Part shown: positions 29,538 to 38,785 of the stretch, piece after piece
How positions within the stretch are numbered: position 1 is the first letter of the stretch
How the letters are laid out: every line of letters starts with the position of its first letter
NCBI GenBank assembly: GCA_943789355.1
Contig: CALSTU010000001.1
Coordinates: 107,118-171,117 of the forward strand
Direction: 5' to 3'
Length of the DNA stretch: 64,000 bases
Source of the DNA: an uncultured Flavobacteriales bacterium
GTDB lineage: Bacteria > Bacteroidota > Bacteroidia > Flavobacteriales > UBA7430
The notes under the pieces: model-generated
The model's database searches: none
What the model was told of the DNA's origin: nothing
The model's input: the letters and a program-made list of their open reading frames with translations, nothing else
Translations under genes and position numbers: made by a program

Positions 29538-30785
29538 ATGAACAATGTAGACATAAGTAAGGTTAAAGAAGCAGCATCACGATTGAGTGATGTTGCTTCC
29601 TTGACACCGCTTACTTTAAATTTTAACAAAACGAAGGAATTTGACGCTAAGATTTATTTCAAGCGTGAAGACCTTCAACAAGTGCGATCATACAAAATTC
29701 GAGGTGCATACAACAAAATATCATCACTCAGTGCAGATGAGTTGGTGAATGGTGTGGTGTGTGCAAGTGCAGGAAATCATGCGCAAGGAGTTGCATATTC
29801 CTGCTACAAAGAAAATATTAAAGGAGTTATATTCATGCCTACTCCTACGCCAAAACAAAAAATTGAACAAGTAAAAATGTTTGGTGGTGAATTCATTGAG
29901 ATTGTTCTTACCGGAGACACCTTTGATGATGCATACAATGAATCCATAACCTTCTGCGAGAAGAATAAAATGTGCTTCATCCCTCCTTTTGACGACATGA
30001 AAGTTATTGAAGGTCAAGCAACTGTAGGGTTGGAATTGTTAGAGCAGTCTTCTGAACCGATTGACTACATCTTTCTACCTGTTGGAGGAGGAGGACTCAT
30101 ATCGGGTATTTCAGGTGTTTTCAAACAACTGTCTCCAAAAACGAAAATAATTGGAGTTGAACCTTTAGGCGCTGCATCCATGACAAAAGCATTGGAAGAA
30201 GGGCAACCAACACGACTCGAACATATCAATAAGTTTATTGACGGTGCTTCCGTTCAAAAAGTAGGTGCGTTAAATTTTCAAATCTGTCACGATAAAATCG
30301 ATCGAATGACAACTGTACCTGAAGGTAAAGTATGTCAATCCATATTGGATTTATACAACAAGGATGCAATTGTTGTTGAGCCTGCTGGGGCCCTATCTAT
30401 TGCTGTTCTAGATCAATTTAGAGATGAAATAAAAGGTAAAAATGTCGTTTGTATCATCAGTGGTAGTAATAATGACATTACACGTACCGAGGAAATTAAA
30501 GAACTTGCATTGTTGCATGCTGGACTAAAGCATTACTTCATCATACGTTTCCCTCAAAGAGCTGGAGCGCTGAAAGAGTTTATCTCGGAAGTGCTAGGGC
30601 CTGAAGATGATATCACTCATTTTGAATATTCCAAGAAACACAACCGTAATCAAGGTCCTGCTGTAATTGGTATTGAACTGAAACATGCAGATTCATTGGA
30701 AGAACTCAAACAACGAATGATTGATCGTAAATTCTTTGGTGAATATTTGAACGACAAACCTGATTTGTTTCAATATCTGGTTTAA
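29538..30785 (+). CDS. ilvA: Threonine ammonia-lyase (biosynthetic threonine dehydratase, single regulatory domain form)
   Basis: PLP-Lys context FKREDLQQVRSYKIRGAYN, and GNHAQGVA. 415 aa. The start lies 1 nt after the ilvC stop. Confidence 0.92.
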   Translation: MNNVDISKVKEAASRLSDVASLTPLTLNFNKTKEFDAKIYFKREDLQQVRSYKIRGAYNKISSLSADELVNGVVCASAGNHAQGVAYSCYKENIKGVIFMPTPTPKQKIEQVKMFGGEFIEIVLTGDTFDDAYNESITFCEKNKMCFIPPFDDMKVIEGQATVGLELLEQSSEPIDYIFLPVGGGGLISGISGVFKQLSPKTKIIGVEPLGAASMTKALEEGQPTRLEHINKFIDGASVQKVGALNFQICHDKIDRMTTVPEGKVCQSILDLYNKDAIVVEPAGALSIAVLDQFRDEIKGKNVVCIISGSNNDITRTEEIKELALLHAGLKHYFIIRFPQRAGALKEFISEVLGPEDDITHFEYSKKHNRNQGPAVIGIELKHADSLEELKQRMIDRKFFGEYLNDKPDLFQYLV

Positions 30786-30853
30786 CAGTTAACAAATGTG
30801 CAATAAATAAGATCCTAGAAGTGAAGAAGAAATCACTCAAAATCTGAAGTATC

Positions 30854-31705
30854 TTATGCCATTTGGTAAACGAGAGCTACCCAACTGTTTCTTTCACTTT
30901 GACGCAACAAACGCATGCCCATAGATCGTGCTTTCTGATCTATATGATTGATGTCGGAGCTGTAGAAGCCACTGAACACAATAACAGAACCAGAACGCAT
31001 CGAATCGCAGTAGATCGACATATCATTGAGTAATATATTGCGATTGATGTTGGCTAAAATAAGGTCATACTCATGTTTGTTTAGAAGTTCTGCCCCACCC
31101 TTTTTAACAATGATTTGCGAACATTGATTGTTTCTGACATTTTCTAAGGTATTTTGAAAGGCCCAATCATCAATATCAATGCCTGTAATCATAGATGCAC
31201 CTTTCATACATGCCAATATGGCTAATATGCCGGTACCACATCCCATATCTAAAACACGCTTACCCCGAACGTCAATGTTCAATAAGTGTGAAATCATTTG
31301 ATGAGTGGTTTCGTGATGTCCGGTACCAAAAGACATTTTAGGTTCAATGACAATGTCATATTCTACTTGTTTATTCTCATGAAAAGGGGCTCTAACCATA
31401 CAACGTCCATCCACTTCAATAGGAGTGAAATTTTTCTCCCATTCAGCATTCCAATTTTGTTGTTCAATGGTTTTAACTTCCATCTTGATATCAAAATCAG
31501 GATTGTCTAAAATGTAAAGATCTCTCAGGGATTCTTCATCAAAAGAACCTTGTTGAACGTATGCCTCAAGACCGTCTTTGGTATTAACGAAACTTTCAAA
31601 ATCTAAAGCACCTAGTTCTGCAATCAGAATTTCTCTCACCATATCCGCATTTATTTCAGCAGACTTCAGTGTCTTAATAACAAAACAAACTTCAATATAG
31701 TTCAT
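30854..31705 (-). CDS. prmA: Ribosomal protein L11 methyltransferase
   Basis: SAM motif VLDMGCGTGILAI, the PrmA-type motif FGTGHHETT, and LANI. Confidence 0.92.
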   Translation of the reverse strand: MNYIEVCFVIKTLKSAEINADMVREILIAELGALDFESFVNTKDGLEAYVQQGSFDEESLRDLYILDNPDFDIKMEVKTIEQQNWNAEWEKNFTPIEVDGRCMVRAPFHENKQVEYDIVIEPKMSFGTGHHETTHQMISHLLNIDVRGKRVLDMGCGTGILAILACMKGASMITGIDIDDWAFQNTLENVRNNQCSQIIVKKGGAELLNKHEYDLILANINRNILLNDMSIYCDSMRSGSVIVFSGFYSSDINHIDQKARSMGMRLLRQSERNSWVALVYQMA

Positions 31706-31708
31706 GAT

Positions 31709-32455
31709 TTATGCATTTATGATGGCAATAAAGTCATCAGCATTAAGAGATGCGCCACCGATCAAACCTCCATCGACGTCTTTTTGTACAAACAATTCTT
31801 TTGCATTTGATGGTGTGCAGGAACCCCCATATAAAATAGAAATTTGATTGGCAATGACATCCCCATATTTATTGGAGACAACACTTCTAATGTGAGCATG
31901 CATTTCTTGAGCCTGAATACTTGTGGCAGTCACACCGGTACCTACAGCCCAAATAGGTTCATAACCAATAACTATGTTTTTCAAGTCCTTAACGGGAAGG
32001 TGAAATAATCCTTCGGTAAGTTGTTTGGTTATTCGTGTAAGATGTGCTCCCGAACTTCTTTGCTCTAGCGTTTCTCCACAACAATAAATAACCTTTAATC
32101 CTTGAGAGAGTACTGAAATGACCTTCTTTGCTAACAAATCATTGTCTTCAGCATTGTAAAGTCTTCGTTCTGAATGACCCAATATGACATAATCCAAGCC
32201 CAAATCAGCAAGCATAGAAGCTGAGACCTCTCCAGTGAATGCTCCTGAAAGTTCCTGGTGACAATTTTGTGCGGCAACCTTAATGATACTATCCCCTGTC
32301 GATTCCACAACAGTACTCAAGCATAAGTGAGAAGGAGCTAAAATAACTTCTTTATCTGTAGCACTCATTTTACTGAGAATGGAAGAACATAGTTGCCTAG
32401 ACTGTTCAGGGCTGTTGTTCATTTTCCAGTTTGCTACAACCATTTGTTTTCTCAT
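31709..32455 (-). CDS. tpiA: Triose-phosphate isomerase
   Basis: ANWKMN, GHSERR, and YEPIWAVGTG. Confidence 0.97.
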   Translation of the reverse strand: MRKQMVVANWKMNNSPEQSRQLCSSILSKMSATDKEVILAPSHLCLSTVVESTGDSIIKVAAQNCHQELSGAFTGEVSASMLADLGLDYVILGHSERRLYNAEDNDLLAKKVISVLSQGLKVIYCCGETLEQRSSGAHLTRITKQLTEGLFHLPVKDLKNIVIGYEPIWAVGTGVTATSIQAQEMHAHIRSVVSNKYGDVIANQISILYGGSCTPSNAKELFVQKDVDGGLIGGASLNADDFIAIINA

Positions 32456-32473
32456 TTATAGTATCTTTTTTGC

Positions 32474-32481
32474 AAATATAT
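32474..32481 (-). promoter_or_regulatory. -7 box (TATATTTG on the minus strand) for the tpiA-prmA operon
   Basis: Exact TAnnTTTG match on the minus strand, 18 nt upstream of the tpiA ATG. Confidence 0.5.
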
Positions 32482-32582
32482 ATTAACTATTAAGTAATGC
32501 GAGAAAAGTGAAAAAAAATCACACAACTGGCAAAACAAGAATTATTTATATTCTGTAAACGAGAACTTAAAGACTTTTATTA

Positions 32583-34667
32583 TTAACCCTGGGTTACTTT
32601 CTCCAACTTTTCGAAATTGACTTCTAATTTTGCGAAACCGATTTGTAACAATGCTGCATGAGATTTAAGCTCTAAGATTTCTCCTTCTTGATTGGTTCCT
32701 AAAATACGGACCTGCTCACCAATAATAAAGTCTATTTTGATCGGGGAGTTTTTTCGTGTGGCTTTGAGCCGATTTACGTGTATCTCCTCTTTCCTGTTAG
32801 ATTCCTTTTCAATGATTTTTCTGATTTTCGGTAAAATTGATTTCATCGTTGAACCGTCACGATACAATTCTATAATCTTATTAATACGCTTACCCAATTG
32901 TAAGTATTTGGATTGAAAATCCATGATAAATCTTTGAGACTCTAACTTTTCCTCGACAGATTTAAGCTTAAGCTCATACGCTTCTTTTTGGGCATCCACC
33001 ACTGATGACTTTTCCATCATTGCTTCTTGACTTAACTGCAACTCGGTCGTTAATCGTTGGTAGTGGTGAATTGTGTCTTCAAAACGAACCGTGCCATTTT
33101 TCAAACCTGCACGAGCCTTATCAATTAAGGATTTAGGTAATCCAACATTTTTAGCGACTTCAAAGGTGTAGGAACTTCCTGGTTGACCCACTTTTAATTT
33201 GTACAAGGGTTTCAGTTGGTCATCGTCAAACAACATACATGCATTTTCAGCATAATCTGTTTGATCGGCCAATACTTTGATATTTCCGTAATGCGTAGTC
33301 AAAACACCTATAGAGCCACTTTTAACAATTTCTTTAAAAAACACACCCGCTAACTCACCCCCTAACGCAGGATCTGATCCCGAACCAAATTCATCAATTA
33401 ATATGAAGGATGACTTGCCAGAATGAGTAAGAATTTCTTTCATACGTGTTAGTCGATAGGAATAGGTGCTCAACTCGTTCTCGATAGACTGGTTGTCACC
33501 AATATCTGTAAAAATATCATGAAAAACACTCAAGGTTGAATTCGGATGAACGGGAATAAATAAACCTGCTTGCAACATCAACTGATTTAAACCAAACGTT
33601 TTCAGCGTGATTGACTTACCCCCTGCATTGGGTCCAGAAATCACCAAAACACGATGAGCATCATCAAAGTAGATGTCTTGCGGTATCGTTTTTATTCCTT
33701 TGTTGTTATTTTCAATAAATAGCAAAGGATGGTAAGCCTTTTTAATATTTATAGCTTGTGATTTTGAAACTTTTGGCCGGTTGGCACCCATCAATTCTGC
33801 CAACTTAATCTTGGCATTTAAAAAATCGAACTCTTCAATTAAATCCTTGTAAACTTTTATAAGATCTATGTGTTCAGCTAGTTCTGATGTAAGTTCCTTC
33901 AGTATTCTTCGAACCTCTTCTTTTTCGTCTTGATACAAATGTCTCAATTCACGATTAAGAGATATGCATCTCTCAGGTTCTATAAAAGTAATACTCTTTG
34001 TTTTGGATTGCCCTCGAACTTGTCCTTTAACTTTACGTTTAAATTCAGACGCAACAGCTAATAGTGATACTTCATCTTCAAAAGATTCTTTGATATCAGC
34101 TAGATATCCCAGTTGTAAATAGTGGCTCTTGGAATCTTGAAATGATTTATCTACATGTGCTCTTTTTCTATGGATATTTTCACGAATTTCAGTAAGGTTT
34201 TTTGAAGCATTGGGCCGAATAAAACGTCGAGGAGAGAAAACCTTTTCAATCCTTTTTTTTATCGTCTGGCTCTTTTTCAAGTCACCTAAAAATCCAGCTA
34301 TCCTGGGAATAACATATTCGTTATTGGTAATAAAATGTATCAAAGAATTAACCCAGATGGAGGCATGGTAAATATCGAAAAACTGATCCTCAGTGAGTAC
34401 TGAATTTTGAATATTCAAGTATTGTATTACCTCTCTCAAGTCTAAGTATTCGAATCTAGGGAAATCCGAATCGGACTGGAGCATCTGAAATTCTTGCAAG
34501 CGATCTAGATACTCGTTCAAAACTTTGGGGTTATGCAAAATAGACAAATGACGAATACGCTCCTTGTTGGAAGTGCTTTGAGCAAAATTCTCTAACAAGT
34601 CGATAACCTTTCCAAACTCTAATTCTCTGCGAACGGATTCGCTTATATTTGATTGTCTACTTTTCAC
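32583..34667 (-). CDS. MutS2-family ATPase (MutS domain V); no recognisable C-terminal Smr domain
   Basis: Walker A ISGPNAGGKSITLKT, Walker B ILIDEFGSGSDP, and TTHY. 694 aa with a GTG start. The C-terminal end lacks an LDLHG/LDLRG-type Smr motif. Confidence 0.85.
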   Translation of the reverse strand: MKSRQSNISESVRRELEFGKVIDLLENFAQSTSNKERIRHLSILHNPKVLNEYLDRLQEFQMLQSDSDFPRFEYLDLREVIQYLNIQNSVLTEDQFFDIYHASIWVNSLIHFITNNEYVIPRIAGFLGDLKKSQTIKKRIEKVFSPRRFIRPNASKNLTEIRENIHRKRAHVDKSFQDSKSHYLQLGYLADIKESFEDEVSLLAVASEFKRKVKGQVRGQSKTKSITFIEPERCISLNRELRHLYQDEKEEVRRILKELTSELAEHIDLIKVYKDLIEEFDFLNAKIKLAELMGANRPKVSKSQAINIKKAYHPLLFIENNNKGIKTIPQDIYFDDAHRVLVISGPNAGGKSITLKTFGLNQLMLQAGLFIPVHPNSTLSVFHDIFTDIGDNQSIENELSTYSYRLTRMKEILTHSGKSSFILIDEFGSGSDPALGGELAGVFFKEIVKSGSIGVLTTHYGNIKVLADQTDYAENACMLFDDDQLKPLYKLKVGQPGSSYTFEVAKNVGLPKSLIDKARAGLKNGTVRFEDTIHHYQRLTTELQLSQEAMMEKSSVVDAQKEAYELKLKSVEEKLESQRFIMDFQSKYLQLGKRINKIIELYRDGSTMKSILPKIRKIIEKESNRKEEIHVNRLKATRKNSPIKIDFIIGEQVRILGTNQEGEILELKSHAALLQIGFAKLEVNFEKLEKVTQG

Positions 34668-34672
34668 TAATG

Positions 34673-34680
34673 CAAAAATA
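34673..34680 (-). promoter_or_regulatory. -7 box (TATTTTTG on the minus strand) abutting the MutS2-family start codon
   Basis: Exact TAnnTTTG match. Its last G is 5 nt before the GTG at 34667. Confidence 0.35.
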
Positions 34681-34940
34681 CCAATTATAAGACGATTTTA
34701 ACACGCATTTAAAAAAAGTCCCTCTCAAAAAATGATTTCCAAACTCTAAGAATAAATTGTAAAAAAGCTCAGTAGAAGTAACTCAAAAAATAACTTGTTG
34801 CCCATTATAGTTCAACACATTTAGAAACTTTCAAAATGCTTTAGATCGAACCAGCCAAAGTATTAACCGAGCAGAGCGAAAAGTAGAAAACAAATTCTTA
34901 AATTCGCAATCTATTTAATACCACAGAAAATTATTAAAAT

Positions 34941-36329
34941 ATGAATTTTGATCTTATTGTAGTAGGAAGTGGCCCTGGAGGGTACGTAACCGCGATACGG
35001 GCTTCTCAATTGGGCTTAAAAACAGCCATTGTTGAAAAAGAAAACCTAGGTGGTGTATGTTTAAATTGGGGATGTATCCCTACAAAAGCGCTTCTTAAAA
35101 GTGCACAAGTGTTTGAATACATCAACCATGCCGATGATTACGGCATCAAAGTTTCTGATGCTAAAACTGATTTCTCTGCTGTTGTCAAAAGAAGTCGAGA
35201 TGTCGCTGGTGGAATGAGTAAGGGTATCGAATTTCTGATGAAAAAGAATAAAATCGAAGTACTTACTGGTATGGGAAAAGTTGCCCCTGGTAAAAAAGTC
35301 ATCGTAACCGACGAAAAAGGAACAGATACGGAACATACTGCCAAAAACATCATTATTGCTACGGGGGCACGTTCTAGAAGTTTACCTAACCTCCCTCAAG
35401 ACGGTGAGAAAATCATTGGCTACCGAGACGCTATGACGCTCAAGAAAATGCCTAAGAAGCTACTTGTTGTTGGTTCTGGAGCTATCGGTGTTGAGTTTGC
35501 CTACTTCTACAATGCCATGGGTGCTGAAGTAACTGTTGTTGAATACATGCCAAACATTGTACCTGTTGAAGATGTAGACATCTCCAAACAACTTGAACGT
35601 TCGTTCAAGAAAAGTGGAATCAAGGTGATGACCAATGCTTCGGTAGAAAAGGTAGATACCTCTGGTAAAACTTGTAAGGCTACCATAAAGACAAAAAAAG
35701 GCGAAGAAATTATAGAAGCAGACATCGTTCTTTCTGCTGTAGGAATTACGGCTAATATTGAAAACATAGGTCTTGAGGATGTAGGAATAGCTACCGATAA
35801 AGGAAGAATTCTAGTCAACGACTACTATCAAACAAACATACCCGGATACCATGCCATTGGAGATGTAATTCCGGGCCCAGCTCTAGCACACGTTGCTTCA
35901 GCTGAAGGAATTAACTGTGTAGAGAAAATTGCTGGATTACACGTAGAGCCTATGGATATGAATAACATTCCTGGCTGTACATATGCTTCTCCAGAAATAT
36001 CATCTGTAGGATATACCGAACAAGCAGCAAAAGATGCTGGATTTGAAGTGAAAGTTGGTAAATTTCCATTCTCAGCTTCAGGAAAAGCTAGTGCTGCAGG
36101 GCACAAGGATGGTTTTGTGAAAGTTATTTTTGATGCAAAGTACGGTGAGTGGCTCGGTTGCCACATGATTGGTGCGAACGTTACTGAAATGATTGCCGAA
36201 GCTGTTGTTGCTCGAAAACTTGAAACTACAGGACATGAGATCTTGAAATCTGTCCATCCTCACCCAACTATGAGTGAAGCTGTCATGGAAGCTGTTGCTG
36301 ATGCATATGACGAAGTAATTCATATGTAA
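34941..36329 (+). CDS. lpdA: Dihydrolipoyl dehydrogenase (E3)
   Basis: GSGPGGY, the redox disulfide motif GGVCLNWGCIPTK, and C-terminal HPHPTMSE. Confidence 0.96.
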   Translation: MNFDLIVVGSGPGGYVTAIRASQLGLKTAIVEKENLGGVCLNWGCIPTKALLKSAQVFEYINHADDYGIKVSDAKTDFSAVVKRSRDVAGGMSKGIEFLMKKNKIEVLTGMGKVAPGKKVIVTDEKGTDTEHTAKNIIIATGARSRSLPNLPQDGEKIIGYRDAMTLKKMPKKLLVVGSGAIGVEFAYFYNAMGAEVTVVEYMPNIVPVEDVDISKQLERSFKKSGIKVMTNASVEKVDTSGKTCKATIKTKKGEEIIEADIVLSAVGITANIENIGLEDVGIATDKGRILVNDYYQTNIPGYHAIGDVIPGPALAHVASAEGINCVEKIAGLHVEPMDMNNIPGCTYASPEISSVGYTEQAAKDAGFEVKVGKFPFSASGKASAAGHKDGFVKVIFDAKYGEWLGCHMIGANVTEMIAEAVVARKLETTGHEILKSVHPHPTMSEAVMEAVADAYDEVIHM

Positions 36330-36345
36330 TCTTGATATAAACATC

Positions 36346-36377
36346 AAAAAAAAACCTCTTTAAAGAGGTTTTTTTTT
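36346..36377. terminator. Bidirectional intrinsic terminator between lpdA and the convergent T9SS-substrate gene
   Basis: A9-cctcttt/aaagagg-T9. The GC-containing palindrome is flanked by an A-run and a T-run. Confidence 0.85.
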
Positions 36378-36392
36378 GTGCGTAAAACTCCT

Positions 36393-38627
36393 TTAACGAA
36401 ATAAATTAATCGTTCCTGACTCCTGAAAACGGAGACCTGTAGCAAACTCAGAAGCATAAATCATATACACGTAAATGCCAGATTTTAAGTACTTTGACCC
36501 TGCCCTACCGTCCCAAACAACATCCAGTTGATTGGAATAAAAAACTTGTCTTCCCCAACGATCGTAAATAAATAATTCATAATCCTTATGACCAATCATG
36601 TAAGGATTAAATGTGTCGTTTAATCCATCTCCATTGGGCGTAAAAGATTGTGGCGCATAAAATTGATATGATGGAGCTACACGCACCCACTTCCCTGATT
36701 CTTGATCACACGAATTCGTAATGTTATTCACATTCAACCGAATGAAATAAGCACCTGCATCATCAAAATAATGTGTTGAGGGTTGATGGTCCTCTGAACC
36801 ATTTGAATCACCAAAATCCCATGAATATTGCAAATCTTTCAATTTTGGTGTAAGGTTAATCAAACGGACTCCCAAACTGTCAGAAATAACCTTCGAGATT
36901 ACGAAATTTGGATCCGGAATACTATCGATGACAAGTTGAGCATAAGCAGTGTCTACATGACCACACTTATCTTGCACAACAACAGGGTAAAGACCCGGAT
37001 ATACCTGTGTACATGAATCCAAATAACCAGTAGGCCATTTGTAAGTATAATCGCCACTACCTGAAAGTATGTTAACACACAAAACATCCTTATGATCAGA
37101 GCAAATAGTTTTACGTTCAGAAGTTAATCTTAATTCTCTAGCAGGGAGGACATCAATAAAAGTAGAATCTAATACGTTTTGATTGCACAAATCGCTGACA
37201 CGTACGTAATATGTTTTTGGTTCATGTACACTTACCATCTGACTGGAACCCGACTCTTCTTCTCCCAACCATTGATATTCGTAGCCTGAGTATGACTCCG
37301 AAGAAGCTAGAAGTCCGGACATACCTCCTTTAGCATTTACCCAAAGATTAACCGAATCATCCGAACATTCAAGTAAGGTATCTTCTAATGTATTGATAAA
37401 TAAATCCGGTTGATCATAAATTTTAAACGTAATCGAATCGTACGAAATCTCAAAGCAATCATCTATTGAAGGATAAATCTTTAGGGTAAACTCTTCAACT
37501 CCCTCTTTGATTGAATCGTTTAGAACAGAAATCATGACCGTCGAGATTGAATCCTCTTCGGGAATAGTAACAACACCATTTGTAATGTTTGTTAAATTAA
37601 AATCGAGCTTATTGGTTGCAGCTCCACTAACTAAAATTTTTCGAGCTAGTGAACCGCTAATGGAGTCGGGCCTTTTAAAAGTAATCGATGCATTCCCACA
37701 ACCTTCATATAAGTGTTTTGGATTCTCCCAGGGCGTTTCAAATACATCAAACATATTTGATTTTATGGTGTAGTTAATCTTGGCGCTTGAATTGAACGAG
37801 TTTTTTTTCAAAAAAACGGCAGAATTAAGCAAGCCATCTCCACAATCTGCCAGAGCTATTTTAATGTGATACGTCTTACATGGGATTAAGTTTGCAATAG
37901 AAGCTATAGGTGTAGTGTGACCAAAAAATGAAATTGAAGTCATCGCTGAATTATCTACATAAAACTTAGAATACGATCTCCAATTTATATCAATACTATC
38001 ACAAAGTGATGCATCAAAACTAGATGGTCTTCCGGAATTGATGGTGTTTATAATTACAGGGCTGTTCGTAAATAGTGTGGAATCGTTTGGGTTCGGAACC
38101 AAAGCTATATTTTTTGCTTTATTTTCAAATGGTCCATCAATTCCGGGACCCGAAAGAAAAAACCCAAAAATGTCATTGTATCTTGAGCAAGTAAAACTGC
38201 CATACTCATTGGATGCGAAAATATAATCAAACTGAAGTTGATTTGATTTTGGTATGAAGTCGAACTCTAGAGTGATTACATTGAACAAATTGATCGTTTT
38301 TGCACCAATCATCTCTAGTTGTTTAGACAAATCCGATTCCTCACCAGGAATTCTGTAAGAATGGACATCATTCCCAGGAATCACAGAAGAAATACCCCCT
38401 GTACACAAGACCAATCCGGAATCAAATCCACGATTGAAAGTCCCATTGAATAGACCCATTGAATACTCATTTCCATGGTAAATTACGTTTGAAAACTCAA
38501 CACCTTCTCCCAAAATCATTTCTACGATATCATCAGGCGAATTGAACGAACTGCTATATGCTGTTCGTATTTGAGCGTTTACAGCAAAAGACAACCACAA
38601 AAGCATCTGGGGGATTAAGTATTTCAT
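36393..38627 (-). CDS. T9SS type-B C-terminal sorting domain protein with a choice-of-anchor-L-like N-terminus and a PKD-like domain
   Basis: Signal peptide. The N-terminal stretch DDIVEMILGEGVEFSNVIYHG...GLVLCTGG resembles choice-of-anchor L. YSWDFGDSNGS...H.F..AG.Y is PKD-like. The C-terminal FTPNGDGLNDTF...FIYDRWGRQVF is a gliding-motility-associated C-terminal domain. Confidence 0.85.
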   Translation of the reverse strand: MKYLIPQMLLWLSFAVNAQIRTAYSSSFNSPDDIVEMILGEGVEFSNVIYHGNEYSMGLFNGTFNRGFDSGLVLCTGGISSVIPGNDVHSYRIPGEESDLSKQLEMIGAKTINLFNVITLEFDFIPKSNQLQFDYIFASNEYGSFTCSRYNDIFGFFLSGPGIDGPFENKAKNIALVPNPNDSTLFTNSPVIINTINSGRPSSFDASLCDSIDINWRSYSKFYVDNSAMTSISFFGHTTPIASIANLIPCKTYHIKIALADCGDGLLNSAVFLKKNSFNSSAKINYTIKSNMFDVFETPWENPKHLYEGCGNASITFKRPDSISGSLARKILVSGAATNKLDFNLTNITNGVVTIPEEDSISTVMISVLNDSIKEGVEEFTLKIYPSIDDCFEISYDSITFKIYDQPDLFINTLEDTLLECSDDSVNLWVNAKGGMSGLLASSESYSGYEYQWLGEEESGSSQMVSVHEPKTYYVRVSDLCNQNVLDSTFIDVLPARELRLTSERKTICSDHKDVLCVNILSGSGDYTYKWPTGYLDSCTQVYPGLYPVVVQDKCGHVDTAYAQLVIDSIPDPNFVISKVISDSLGVRLINLTPKLKDLQYSWDFGDSNGSEDHQPSTHYFDDAGAYFIRLNVNNITNSCDQESGKWVRVAPSYQFYAPQSFTPNGDGLNDTFNPYMIGHKDYELFIYDRWGRQVFYSNQLDVVWDGRAGSKYLKSGIYVYMIYASEFATGLRFQESGTINLFR

Positions 38628-38737
38628 TCGAGGGGGGAATTAGTTCTTGCATTTAAACATTAAATACATTGCAATATACTAAAATACTTTTCTAGATACT
38701 TAATTATGTTGTATAAATTATATGATTGGTTTAGTAT

Positions 38738-38766
38738 AAAAAAAACCACCTTAAAAAAGGTGGTTT
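38738..38766 (-). terminator. Intrinsic terminator after icmF
   Basis: On the minus strand: ccacc-ttttttaa-ggtgg followed by T8. Confidence 0.8.
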
Positions 38767-38785
38767 AGGAAAGTCTAGAATACAA

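Noticed and set aside
35061-36347. Several 70-112-aa minus-strand ORFs (35061-35336, 35138-35353, 35507-35818, 35828-36166, 36078-36347)
   Set aside because: All are nested antisense within lpdA, which has unambiguous motifs. This is typical antisense ORF noise.
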